A stretch of 64,000 nt of DNA from Bacillota bacterium. Its GTDB lineage: Bacteria > Bacillota > Clostridia > Peptostreptococcales > Anaerovoracaceae. Numbering within the stretch: the stretch's first letter is position 1; every line of letters starts with the position of its first letter. The notes under the pieces are model-generated. The model was given only the letters and a program-made list of their open reading frames with translations. It was not told the DNA's origin and did no database searches. This document shows positions 28,401-38,419 of the stretch, one piece after another. Made by a program: the position numbers and the translations under genes. Location: positions 4,635 to 68,634 of the forward strand of contig JAAVYD010000143.1 of NCBI GenBank assembly GCA_022790955.1. Reading direction: 5' to 3'.

Positions 28401-28685
28401 ATGGACGAGGTTACAAAAAATATGCTGATTCACGCACTCCGGGATGTGTTCCGGGAGGAAAAGACAGAGGGGCTTCCAACAGAGGAAACGAAAGCGCTGG
28501 TGTTAAAACTGGCAGAGCATGACAGTCAGAAACTGTTTTTAGATAATACAGAGTATAAAAAAGCGGTGCAGGCGCTGAACGGTCTTCGGGATGGATATAT
28601 CCGGGCAGGGCGTTATACAGACGGAATCGATACCGTCCTCATAAAGCTTATGCGTTCCAAATATAAGAGATGTGCGGTGAGATAA
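28401..28685 (+). CDS. Small conserved element protein
   Basis: 94-aa ORF with no motif recognised. Confidence 0.45.
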   Translation: MDEVTKNMLIHALRDVFREEKTEGLPTEETKALVLKLAEHDSQKLFLDNTEYKKAVQALNGLRDGYIRAGRYTDGIDTVLIKLMRSKYKRCAVR

Positions 28686-28762
28686 GCGTCAGACAAAAAT
28701 ATAGTAACTTTTAAGATATAAATATAAAATGATGTTTTGAAGGAAAGGAGGAATGTGCAAAG

Positions 28763-29023
28763 ATGTATGAACGGGAAATGAAACAGTCAGAACTGCTTAG
28801 AAAACGGTATCCGGCTGGAACGAGACTCTGCCTCGATTATATGGAAGGGGAGGCGGATATGCCGGCCGGCCTTAAAGGGGAAGTAACGTTCATTGACGAT
28901 ATCGGTCAGATACACATGAAGTGGGAGAATGGCAGGAGCCTGCCGCTGAATGTGGAGGCAGACAGTTTTCACCGGGCGGGCGCACCGGAGAAAAAGCGGG
29001 ATAAGGGGGAAGTATCCAGGTAG
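28763..29023 (+). CDS. DUF4314-like protein
   Basis: 86 aa with the pattern GTRLCLDYMEGEADMPAGLKGEVTFIDDIGQIHMKWENGRSL. Confidence 0.55.
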   Translation: MYEREMKQSELLRKRYPAGTRLCLDYMEGEADMPAGLKGEVTFIDDIGQIHMKWENGRSLPLNVEADSFHRAGAPEKKRDKGEVSR

Positions 29024-29046
29024 GAAACAGCAGGAAGTCAGAATGG

Positions 29047-30804
29047 GTGGTCTGGCTTCTTGCATTACCGGTTGTCTGGTGGGCGGCGGTTCTGTTTGCA
29101 GACGCAGCCACTCCCGGAAGAAACCTGATGGAATTATTGGAGCATCTCACAGAAAAATTAAATACTCCCTTTCAGTTACAAGTGACAAGCTATACTGCAA
29201 AGTCGGTTCTTGTGTGTACCGGACTATATGGAATAGGAATCGGTATTTTTTATGCAAATGGGAGGAACTACCGGAGAGGTGAAGAGCATGGCTCCGCCAA
29301 GTGGGGAGATGTCAGGCAGATCTGTAAAAGGTATCGGGAAAAGGAGTATGCGAAGAACTTGCTGATGACGCAGAATTTCCGTATCGGTTTTGACTGCTAT
29401 AAGCATAAACGGAACCTGAATGTATTGGTGGTGGGAGGTTCCGGTGCAGGAAAATCAAGAACGTATGCCATTCCTAATATCATGCAGTGTAATTGTTCAA
29501 TGGTGATTACTGATCCGAAAGCGGAGCTTCTGCGAAAGACGGGCGGGTTGCTGAAGAGAAAAGGGTATGAAGTGAGAGTGTTTGATTTAATCCATCCGGA
29601 CACTTCTTTTTGTTACAATCCCTTTGAGTATGTGCAGGATGACAAAGATGTCCTGCGCCTGATTTCCAACCTGATCCGCAACACAACACCAAAGGGCGCA
29701 CAATCCTCTGATCCTTTTTGGGAGAAGAGCGAGACCGCGCTTTTACAGGCATTAATGCTGTATCTGCTCCATGAGGCGCCGCCGGAGGAACAGAATTTCC
29801 CTATGATTATGGAAATGCTGGCGTCGGCGCAGGTAAAAGAAGATGATGAAGATTATGAATCGCCGCTTGATATTTTATTTGAAAGGCTGGAGATGAGGAA
29901 TCCGGAAAGTATTGCAGTGAAGCAATATGCTATTTACAAACAGGCGGCAGGAAAGACAGCGAAAAGTATCCTGATCTCAGTCGGGGTCCGTCTGGCAGCT
30001 TTTAATCTTCCGCAGATTGCAAGCCTGACCTGTACAGATGAGTTGGACCTTGCCAGTATGGGGGAGAAGAAAGTGGCGCTTTTCTGTTGTATTCCGGACG
30101 CGGATACTTCCCTTAACTATCTGGTAGGCATGATTTACAGCCAGATGTTCCAGACACTTTATTATGTGGCAGACCGGAAATATGGCGGGAGGCTTCCGGT
30201 TCCGGTTAACTGCATTATGGACGAGTGGGCGAATGTTGCCCTGCCGGATGACTTTGAAAAAATCCTGAGTACCTGCCGGTCAAGATCCATTTTCTGCAGT
30301 ATTATCATTCAGAATCTGGCACAGATGAAAGCATTGTTTAAGGATTCATGGGAAAGTCTGGTGGGGAATTGCGACAGCTTATTATATCTGGGCGGCAATG
30401 AAAAAGAGTCCCATAAGTATGTGTCCGAACTGCTGGGAAAAGAGACCATTGATACGAATACCTATGGGCAGACGAAAGGGCGATCCGGCAGTTACTCCAC
30501 CAACTTCCAGCAGAGCGGAAGAGAGCTTCTGACTCCGGACGAGGTGAGAATGTTAAATAATGATTATGCACTTTTACTGATTCGTGGAGAGCGCCCGGTC
30601 ATGGATCAGAAATATAATCTGATGAATCACCCGAACGTAAAGGAAACGGAAGACGGGGGCGCGGCGCCCTATGATTATGCGCAGGCTCCGCTGGCACATG
30701 ACGATTTTTCGTTTGATGGAACTAGATATGAAGATTATGAACTGCTCTCCGGCAATGATTTGACCGGGGAGTCTTTTGATGGGAGGAATGCTGATGAAGA
30801 TTAA
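29047..30804 (+). CDS. Type IV coupling protein (VirD4/TraG, CD1115-type)
   Basis: 585 aa. Two N-terminal TM helices, Walker A VVGGSGAGKSRT and Walker B-like region CIMDEWAN. Confidence 0.9.
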   Translation: MVWLLALPVVWWAAVLFADAATPGRNLMELLEHLTEKLNTPFQLQVTSYTAKSVLVCTGLYGIGIGIFYANGRNYRRGEEHGSAKWGDVRQICKRYREKEYAKNLLMTQNFRIGFDCYKHKRNLNVLVVGGSGAGKSRTYAIPNIMQCNCSMVITDPKAELLRKTGGLLKRKGYEVRVFDLIHPDTSFCYNPFEYVQDDKDVLRLISNLIRNTTPKGAQSSDPFWEKSETALLQALMLYLLHEAPPEEQNFPMIMEMLASAQVKEDDEDYESPLDILFERLEMRNPESIAVKQYAIYKQAAGKTAKSILISVGVRLAAFNLPQIASLTCTDELDLASMGEKKVALFCCIPDADTSLNYLVGMIYSQMFQTLYYVADRKYGGRLPVPVNCIMDEWANVALPDDFEKILSTCRSRSIFCSIIIQNLAQMKALFKDSWESLVGNCDSLLYLGGNEKESHKYVSELLGKETIDTNTYGQTKGRSGSYSTNFQQSGRELLTPDEVRMLNNDYALLLIRGERPVMDQKYNLMNHPNVKETEDGGAAPYDYAQAPLAHDDFSFDGTRYEDYELLSGNDLTGESFDGRNADED

Positions 30805-31150
30805 TCAATTGAAAAAGACAAAGGAAGAAAGAAAAACCAAACCGCTTCCGATGAAACCGACACAGAAACGGATATTTTTAACCTACGCAGTAATGGCTCT
30901 AATGCTCTGCATGGGAGGCATTACTGCTTATGCGGCAGGCGATCCGCTTTCAGTAGTCAATAACCTGTCTGCCTTTATTTTTTCTTTAATCCGGGCGATT
31001 GGGCTGATTCTGCTGGGATTTGGAATCGTACAGGTGGGATTATCGCTGAAATCCCATGATCCCAGCCAGAGGGCAAATGGGTTCCTTACGCTGGCCGGAG
31101 GAATCATCATCACTTTCGCAAAAGAAATCCTTGACCTGATTGTGGGATAG
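30794..31150 (+). CDS. Maff2-family small membrane protein
   Basis: Pattern GLILLGFGIVQVGLSLKSHDPSQRANGFLTLAGGIII, with two or three TM helices. Confidence 0.6.
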   Translation: MKINQLKKTKEERKTKPLPMKPTQKRIFLTYAVMALMLCMGGITAYAAGDPLSVVNNLSAFIFSLIRAIGLILLGFGIVQVGLSLKSHDPSQRANGFLTLAGGIIITFAKEILDLIVG

Positions 31151-31218
31151 GAAATTGCAGGGCGGAGAACATCTCCGTCCTGCCTGTCGATTGAATTTGT
31201 GAAGGAGGTGAATCAGGA

Positions 31219-32058
31219 GTGGAGAGTGATAACTGGATTGTGCAGAACTTAAATTCTGCATTGGAAACATGGAATGAGAAACTGGCAGAGATATGGACGC
31301 TTTTAACGCAGAATCCGGAGTCCTTTAAGGGCGGTGAAATCTGGAGGGTTATGGTCAATATCAACGACGCCTTGAAAGCGATTGGATATGGGCTTCTGGT
31401 GCTGTTCTTTGCAGCAGGCATTGTCAAAACCTGTTCGAGTTATGCGGACATGAAGAAGCCGGAGCATGTGGTAAAGGCGTTTATCCGGTTTGCGCTGGCG
31501 CAGGGAGCGATCATGTATGGCATGGAACTGTTAACATCCATTTTTTCTATCATACAAGGCATCGCAGCAAAGATTATGGCAAACGCCGGGGCAGCAGGGG
31601 GCGTGACAGAACTTCCGGCAGAGATTGTAGAAAAAATTGAGTCGGTCGGCATGCTGGAGTCTATTCCCTTATGGATTGTGACTTTGCTTGGAAGTCTTCT
31701 GATTACTGTTTTATCTTTTATTATGATACTGACGGTGTATGGGAGAATGTTCAAGTTATATATGTATACTGCAATCGCACCGATTCCCATCTCCTCGTTT
31801 GCAGGAGAACCGACACAGTCCATAGGAAAGAATTTTATTAAATCCTATGTGGGGGTGTGTTTGGAAGGAGCAATTATCGCATTGGCATGTATCATCTTTT
31901 CGGTGTATTCTGCCAGTTCGCCAGCGGTGGGTGATACGTCCTTAAGTGCAGTGACGCTTGTATGGAACTATGTGGGAGAACTGGTCTTTAACCTGTTGGT
32001 ACTGGTGGGAGCAATCAAAGCGTCTGACCGGGTGGTAAAAGAAATGATGGGATTATAG
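31219..32058 (+). CDS. VirB6/TrbL-like polytopic T4SS membrane protein (CD1112-type)
   Basis: 279 aa with 5-6 TM helices. Its position between Maff2 and PrgI/VirB4 fits this role. Confidence 0.6.
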   Translation: MESDNWIVQNLNSALETWNEKLAEIWTLLTQNPESFKGGEIWRVMVNINDALKAIGYGLLVLFFAAGIVKTCSSYADMKKPEHVVKAFIRFALAQGAIMYGMELLTSIFSIIQGIAAKIMANAGAAGGVTELPAEIVEKIESVGMLESIPLWIVTLLGSLLITVLSFIMILTVYGRMFKLYMYTAIAPIPISSFAGEPTQSIGKNFIKSYVGVCLEGAIIALACIIFSVYSASSPAVGDTSLSAVTLVWNYVGELVFNLLVLVGAIKASDRVVKEMMGL

Positions 32059-32073
32059 AGGTAGGTAAAACAG

Positions 32074-32508
32074 ATGGAAGTAAAAATGAATAAAGAGATC
32101 CGGGACTATCAGGAGTCCATGTTTATGGGATTAAATTTTAGACAGTGTGTATTTTCCTTATTGGCAATTTTTGCAGCGATAGGAATTTATTTCGGATTAA
32201 AGGAGTTTGTGGGAGATGAAATAATAGGGTGGTTTTGTGTTTTGGGGGCAGTCCCTTTTGCAGCTTGTGGATTTTTTCGGTATCATGGAATGAATGCGGA
32301 GCAGTTTCTGTGGGCGTACATCAAATCAGAATTTTTATATCCGAAAATGCTGCTTTTCAGGACGGAAGATATTTATTATTCCTGTATGAAAGAGACAATC
32401 CGGCTTGGAGATAAGGGAATGACGGATGGCGCAGCCCTCCGAAAGAAGCAGGAAGTAAGAAAGAAGAAATCCGTAAAGAAAAAGGGAAGGGGTGAAGTAT
32501 TTGATTAG
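32074..32508 (+). CDS. PrgI/VirB3-like small membrane protein
   Basis: 144 aa with two TM helices. It lies immediately upstream of, and overlaps, VirB4. Confidence 0.6.
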   Translation: MEVKMNKEIRDYQESMFMGLNFRQCVFSLLAIFAAIGIYFGLKEFVGDEIIGWFCVLGAVPFAACGFFRYHGMNAEQFLWAYIKSEFLYPKMLLFRTEDIYYSCMKETIRLGDKGMTDGAALRKKQEVRKKKSVKKKGRGEVFD

Positions 32509-34831
32509 AACACTGAATCAAGCAATAAAAATGGACCGGGAAAAATTCAAAGTCCCCAAGTCCGTACAACAGGCAATTCCTATCCAGCGTGTTTGGACAG
32601 ATGGGATTTTTCAGCAGGGTACTAAATTTTCAAAATCATTTCGCTTTTCTGATATTAACTATGCTATTGCAAGCAAAGAAGATAAGACGGAGATGTTCCT
32701 TGACTATTCTGCACTTTTAAATGCGCTGGATTCTGGCGCATCTGCCAAGATTACTTTAAATAACCGCAGGATCAATAAGAAAGAATTTGAGGCTTCATTG
32801 CTTATTCCAGTGAAAGGGGACGGCCTGGATGAGTATCGCAGGGAATATAACGAAATGCTGTTATCGAAAGTAAGCGGAACAAACAATAGCATTTATCAGG
32901 AACGATATCTAACAGTCAGCATTCACAAGAGAAATATTGATGAGGCAAGAACATATTTTGCACGTGTCGGAACGGACATCGTCACGCACCTTGCAAAGCT
33001 GTCTTCCATTGGTGAGGAACTGGACGCAGAAAGCCGCCTTCAAATCTTCCGGGATTTTTTCCAAGCGGATCAGACACAGAGTTTTCCGTTTGATTTCAGA
33101 GCATTTGCAAAGAAAGGGGGTAGCTTCAAGGACTGGATCTGTCCGCAATCTATGGAGTTTACGAAAGACTGTTTTAAGATTGATGAGCGATATGGCCGTG
33201 TCCTCTATATGCAGGATTATGCCAGTTATGTAAAAGATGATATGATTTCGGAATTATGCAGTCTGAGTAGAGATCTGATGTTATCCATTGATATCCTGCC
33301 GGTACCAACAGACGAGGCGGTAAGGGAGATCCAGAATCGTCTGCTAGGCGTAGAAACCAACGTGACCAATTGGCAGAGACGTCAGAATGCGAATAACAAT
33401 TTTTCCGCTATTGTGCCATATGATATGGAACTGCAGAGAAAAGAAACAAAAGAAATGCTGGATGACCTGACGACACGGGATCAGAGAATGATGTTCGGAA
33501 TCCTGACTCTGGTGCATATAGCAGACAGCAAAAAGCAGCTTGACTCTGATACAGAGAGCATTTTTTCTGTGGCCAGAAAGCATTTGTGCCAGATGGCAAC
33601 TTTGAAATGGCAGCAAGTGGACGGCCTGAATACGGTACTGCCATACGGAGTCCGAAAAATCAATGCACTGCGTACCCTCACTACGGAATCCACTGCGGTA
33701 TTGATTCCGTTCCACACGCAGGAGATCATGCAGCCGGGCGGCATTTATTATGGGCAGAACGCGGTGAGTAAAAACATGCTGGTGGCAGACCGAAGAAAGC
33801 TTTTGAACGGGAACTCTTTCCGTCTTGGAGTCAGTGGATCCGGAAAGAGTTTTTCGGCAAAAGAAGAAATCGTAGACCTTGCGCTGTCTACCAGTGACGA
33901 TATCTTGATTTTAGATCCGGAGTCGGAATTCGGTTCGCTGGTAGAATCCTTAAATGGAGAAGTAGTTCGTATTTCTGCCACTTCTGATACCCATCTGAAT
34001 GCACTGGATATGGATTCCGCATATGGAAACGATAAGAATCCGCTGATTGAAAAGTCAGAATTTATCCTGTCTTTGTTTGAGCAGTTGGTTGGAGGCGGCA
34101 ATCTATCTGCCAAAGAGAAATCAATCCTGGATCGTTGTACCGCAGATGTATATCGGGATTATATGAGAAACGGATATCAGGGAGAAGTGCCGACGCTAAA
34201 AGATTTGTATCGCCAGTTAATGCTCCAGCCGGAAGAGGAGGCGAGGGGGCTTGCATTGTCTTCGGAATTATTTATCAATGGCAGCCTTAATACCTTTGCA
34301 CAGGAGACGAATGTGAATACTAAGAGCCGTATCATTGCATATGATATCCGGGAATTAGGGGAGCAGCTCATGCCTTTGGGCATGCTGGTAACATTGGATA
34401 GCATCTTCAACAGGGTAATTAAGAACTGGAAGAATGGACGAACCACCTGGATTTTTGCCGATGAATTTTATTTGTTATTCCGTTATCAATACAGTGCGGA
34501 TTTTTTCTATCGTTTGTATAAGCGGATTCGGAAGTATAATGGTTTTGTGACAGGTTTGACACAGAATGTGGAGGAACTGCTTCGTTCAGATACCGCAAGA
34601 CTGATGTTGGCGAACAGTGAGTTTTTGATTCTTCTGAATCAGGCGACTACAGACCGTGATGAGCTGGCCTCACTTTTGAATATTTCCGAGAATCAGTTAT
34701 CGTATATCACGAATGTAGGCGCTGGAAAAGGGTTGATCCGCTGCTCCGGGAACCTTGTACCATTTGAAAACAGTTTCCCGAAAAATACCAAGCTGTATCG
34801 TTTGATGACAACAAAGCCAGGAGAATTTTAA
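32492..34831 (+). CDS. VirB4-like conjugal transfer ATPase (CD1110-type)
   Basis: 779 aa. Walker A GVSGSGKSF and Walker B-like region TWIFADEFY. Confidence 0.9.
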   Translation: MKYLIRTLNQAIKMDREKFKVPKSVQQAIPIQRVWTDGIFQQGTKFSKSFRFSDINYAIASKEDKTEMFLDYSALLNALDSGASAKITLNNRRINKKEFEASLLIPVKGDGLDEYRREYNEMLLSKVSGTNNSIYQERYLTVSIHKRNIDEARTYFARVGTDIVTHLAKLSSIGEELDAESRLQIFRDFFQADQTQSFPFDFRAFAKKGGSFKDWICPQSMEFTKDCFKIDERYGRVLYMQDYASYVKDDMISELCSLSRDLMLSIDILPVPTDEAVREIQNRLLGVETNVTNWQRRQNANNNFSAIVPYDMELQRKETKEMLDDLTTRDQRMMFGILTLVHIADSKKQLDSDTESIFSVARKHLCQMATLKWQQVDGLNTVLPYGVRKINALRTLTTESTAVLIPFHTQEIMQPGGIYYGQNAVSKNMLVADRRKLLNGNSFRLGVSGSGKSFSAKEEIVDLALSTSDDILILDPESEFGSLVESLNGEVVRISATSDTHLNALDMDSAYGNDKNPLIEKSEFILSLFEQLVGGGNLSAKEKSILDRCTADVYRDYMRNGYQGEVPTLKDLYRQLMLQPEEEARGLALSSELFINGSLNTFAQETNVNTKSRIIAYDIRELGEQLMPLGMLVTLDSIFNRVIKNWKNGRTTWIFADEFYLLFRYQYSADFFYRLYKRIRKYNGFVTGLTQNVEELLRSDTARLMLANSEFLILLNQATTDRDELASLLNISENQLSYITNVGAGKGLIRCSGNLVPFENSFPKNTKLYRLMTTKPGEF

Positions 34832-34924
34832 TACAAAGAACTTAATTTGATGTGGAAGACGGGAACAGGGCATATCTGCAGAATAACAGGTATGCCCTGT
34901 TTCTTTAAGTGAAAGGAAATTTTG

Positions 34925-35269
34925 ATGAAAGAGACAACTATTACATTTATTGCATCTGAATGTGGGGAGTTCCACAACCTCGGAGAGAGTGTAGAGTGCA
35001 GTTCGCTGAAAGAAGCGTTCAAGTATTATCAAAGGTATAGACGGAGATCTCCACAAATGATTCCGTCTTTGGAGTTTTCACTCCACAATGCAGATGATCC
35101 GCTGTATAGTGACGGGGCGTTTACATTAGCCACAGGGGAGTATGGAAAAGAAATGCTGGCCTTAGTGCCATATTATGAGAAACATCCACTGGTACAAAAA
35201 GCAGTAAGAGAATTGGAGAAGTTGGAAACACAGCAGAAAAAGGAACACAAAAGGGGGATGGCACGGTAG
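34925..35269 (+). CDS. Small conserved element protein
   Basis: 114-aa ORF with no motif recognised. Confidence 0.4.
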   Translation: MKETTITFIASECGEFHNLGESVECSSLKEAFKYYQRYRRRSPQMIPSLEFSLHNADDPLYSDGAFTLATGEYGKEMLALVPYYEKHPLVQKAVRELEKLETQQKKEHKRGMAR

Positions 35270-35297
35270 TTGCTCAGCAAGGAAAAGAGGTGAGAGA

Positions 35298-36998
35298 TTG
35301 AAAGACATTAAAGTAAAAGTTCATGATAAGAGTCCTAAGATCCGCAATCCAGCTTCCAGACTTCCCAAAGAACTGGCGCGTTCTACGGTACTAAGGGCAA
35401 AAGAAAAGTCAACAATGCTATTCGACAACGCAGAAAGAGAGAAAGGCCAGGAGTCCGGTATAGAATATGCAGTGAAAAAAGTGGAATCGGCAGAATATAG
35501 AGCTGGAAGCGGAACTGCATCAGCAGCTTGGCGCAGTGGAAAAAAGCTGGCTGTTAAAACACGCGAAATAATAAAAGAAAGAAAACAAGGGCAGGAGGCG
35601 GCTCAGGCAGTCAAAGAGGCGGCTGCAGAAACAGGAAAGGCGTCTGTCAGTCCGGGCAGAGAAAGGGGAATCGCTTCCTCGTCTTTTATGCAGGACAAGA
35701 TTCGATTAAAACCAGAATCCAAAGAACTGGTCAAAGAAACGAAAAGACGAACTGTAAAAAAGTCTTTTCATGTAGTGAAATCTTCACCTGTTATGCCGGA
35801 GAAAATCAAAACCCAGACGGTCATCTCTAAAAAAGAGGCTGTAAGAACTGCTAAAGCCGCAAAACAGGCGGCGGTAAAATCCATGCAGGCATCGAAACAG
35901 GCCGTGCGGACAGCCAGTACCACAACGAAAGGATTGAAAGTAATGGCAAAGGAAGCCGCTACAGCAGTAAAAGCAGTCCTTGGGGCTGTCATGGCAGGAG
36001 GCGGAGCAGCCATTATTGTGTTGGTTTTGATGATAGGTATTATTGGCGGCGCTGCATTTATGGGAAACTCTCAAAGCGCCGAACCGCTTAGTGCAGAGGT
36101 TCTGGCATATACTTCTATGATTCAGAAGTATGCAAATGAATATGGAATCCCAGAGTATGTTTCTTCTATTCAGGCAATCATGATGCAAGAAAGTGGAGGA
36201 AGGGGAACAGATCCTATGCAGGCAAGTGAATGTCCATATAATACAAAGTATCCCAATAGTCCGGGTGCAATCCAAGATCCGGAGTATTCCATTAAAACAG
36301 GAGTGAAGTATTATGCAGACTGTATCAGTCAATCTGATTGTAAAAGTCCACAGGATATGGAAAAGCTGAAACTTTCCTGGCAGGGATATAATTATGGAAA
36401 TGGATACATATCCTGGGCAATTCGCAATCATGGCGGATACAGTGCAGAAAATGCCTTGCAGTTTTCACGGGAACAGGCGGCTTCCCACGGATGGTCAGGC
36501 TATGGCGATCCGGAATATGTTCCTCATGTTATGAGATATTATTCCGGCGGCGGATTCTTATTTGCCGGATTATTTGGGAATGAACAGCTTGTAACGATTG
36601 CCAAAGGCCAGCTTGGAGATGAGGGCGGTCGGAAATTTTGGTCATGGTATGGTTTTGAAAGCCGGGTGGAGTGGTGTGCCTGCTTTGTCAGTTGGTGTGC
36701 GGATCAGGCAGGGCTCATCCAAAGTGGAGCGGTTCCGAAGTTTGCATTATGTACTGCGGGTGTGGACTGGTTCCAAAGTCAGGGAAAGTGGCGGAGCGCC
36801 GGAAGTATGCCTGTTGCTGGCAGCTATATTTTTTTTGACTGGGATCATGATGGCAAAAGTGATCATGTAGGAATTGTAGAAAGTTGTGATGGAACTACGG
36901 TGTATACGGTAGAAGGAAATAGTGGAGATATGGTAAAGCAGAATCGTTATTCTGTCAATTCGCCATCTGTTTTGGGATATGGAGTGGTGATTTATTAA
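35298..36998 (+). CDS. Cell-wall hydrolase: lysozyme/SLT-like plus CHAP domain (CD1108-type)
   Basis: 566 aa with a TM helix. Lysozyme-like motif IQAIMMQESGGRGTDPMQASE. The CHAP Cys is in WCACFVSWC and the His in SDHVGIV. Confidence 0.85.
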   Translation: MKDIKVKVHDKSPKIRNPASRLPKELARSTVLRAKEKSTMLFDNAEREKGQESGIEYAVKKVESAEYRAGSGTASAAWRSGKKLAVKTREIIKERKQGQEAAQAVKEAAAETGKASVSPGRERGIASSSFMQDKIRLKPESKELVKETKRRTVKKSFHVVKSSPVMPEKIKTQTVISKKEAVRTAKAAKQAAVKSMQASKQAVRTASTTTKGLKVMAKEAATAVKAVLGAVMAGGGAAIIVLVLMIGIIGGAAFMGNSQSAEPLSAEVLAYTSMIQKYANEYGIPEYVSSIQAIMMQESGGRGTDPMQASECPYNTKYPNSPGAIQDPEYSIKTGVKYYADCISQSDCKSPQDMEKLKLSWQGYNYGNGYISWAIRNHGGYSAENALQFSREQAASHGWSGYGDPEYVPHVMRYYSGGGFLFAGLFGNEQLVTIAKGQLGDEGGRKFWSWYGFESRVEWCACFVSWCADQAGLIQSGAVPKFALCTAGVDWFQSQGKWRSAGSMPVAGSYIFFDWDHDGKSDHVGIVESCDGTTVYTVEGNSGDMVKQNRYSVNSPSVLGYGVVIY

Positions 36999-37089
36999 AA
37001 TATGTAGTTTTGGATTAGCAATATGTATTTAGGGACAGATTTACTATTATGATATGTTGACAGGAGAAAAATATCAGAAGCGGATGTAC

Positions 37090-38419
37090 CTATTTTGCAT
37101 TTAACAATATTGATACCTTGAAAAGTTGATCCTGATATTCAAATTTTGCTATCCCATTATATTGTTCAATGATACTGAGGACCGAGGAAATGCCAATTCC
37201 TTTGCGTCCCTTTTTCTTGGACGAAATGAAAACATTACCAGATCTTAGAATCTCTCCCTCAAAGCTGTTTTCAATAATGATAGTCAGAAGAAATTTAGTA
37301 GTTGTTGATATTTTCACATTAATGAACTTGTCTTGGGAGTTCATTCGTGTGCAAGCTTCGACAGCATTTTCCAAAAGATTGGAAACAATAACGCATAAGT
37401 CCATATCAGGGATGGTTGTTTCTTCCGGGAGAGATATGGAAATGTTGAAATCAGCGCCTGTGTTCTTTGAAAGTTCATTGTAATACCCAATCAGCGAGTT
37501 TAGTGCAAGGTTGTCGCAGAATATATTTACCTGGGGGGGGGTATAGGGAGGGGAGGTATTCCTTGATGTAGTCATTTAATTCCTTGATATTCTCTGTTTT
37601 AATATAGCTATCAATTACCAGAAGATGGTGGCGCATATCATGGCGCTGCCTGCTAGTCTGTTCGATCTGATGCTGGAGGATTTCTGACTGTTTGTATTGT
37701 GAATCAGAGATAGTTTCAGAGATATGCAGCTTTTCGGAAAGAGTTGCATTTTCGCTGACGACAACAACCATACGCATGATAAGAACGTAGGTGGCGAAAG
37801 TTAGAATTACCCAGAGGGGTGGGATGAAATAGAAAAATCTGTCCGGCATAGAGTTTGGGGAAGAGATATTCTGGGAAAATAAAAGGTTATGGAGCAAATT
37901 ATTGCAGATAGGGATAATCCACACCTGATTCCATATGGAAAAGGAAGCAGTATAGTCTAGAGCAGGGCGTAGGAATTTTTGGAAAAAGCGGTATATGAGG
38001 GGGAATGTAACAATTGTCAAAATAATCCTGATTACGGACGAATCAAAAGTGTTGAAAGAAGGAAGGCGGCCGTTCATCAGGAAAAAAGTATACATGGAAA
38101 GGAGCGTAACATGTTCTGCGTGGCATTTTGCGATAGCAACGATAAAGATACCTTGACCTAGACGGTATCCGGTGACCATGTCGAAAATGATCGCACCGAG
38201 GATAATGGTGAATAGACCGATGGCAAGGTATTTAAGTGGAAATGCGTCATAGCTTGCGTATGTGCCAGAACCATAAAAAGTAATCAAAAGATACGAAAAG
38301 ATAGCTCCGGCAATATGCAGGAAAACTGGGGTACGCAGGCGATCTTTAAATGCGAGGAGTAAAAGAGCGAAACAGGGAAGGATAAAACAAAGTGTATTGA
38401 TGATATGGGCAGTTGTCAT
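37090..38419 (-). pseudogene. AgrC/LytS-type (HPK10, GHKL) sensor histidine kinase split by a frameshift at a homopolymer
   Basis: The N-terminal ORF (38419-37475) has 6-7 TM helices and the H-box RHDMRHHL. The C-terminal ORF (37575-37090) has the N-box VSNLLENAVEA and the G-box GRKGIGISSV. The frames change inside the G9 run at 37533-37541. With 8 residues the protein would read ...EYLPSLYPPQVNIFCDNLALNS.... Confidence 0.85.

Larger units (their letters stand above)
6650..37000 (+). mobile_element. Conjugative element segment (Firmicutes CD1108-CD1115-type T4SS plus MOB module plus cargo), apparently truncated
   Basis: Abrupt shift to GC-richer DNA, with about 35 co-oriented genes. These include a T4CP, VirB4, VirB6-like, PrgI-like, Maff2, lysozyme/CHAP, MobC, relaxase, PcfB, ArdC-like, Toprim and ParM. 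No integrase or recombinase lies inside, and a composition break occurs at about 37.0 kb. Confidence 0.85.
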
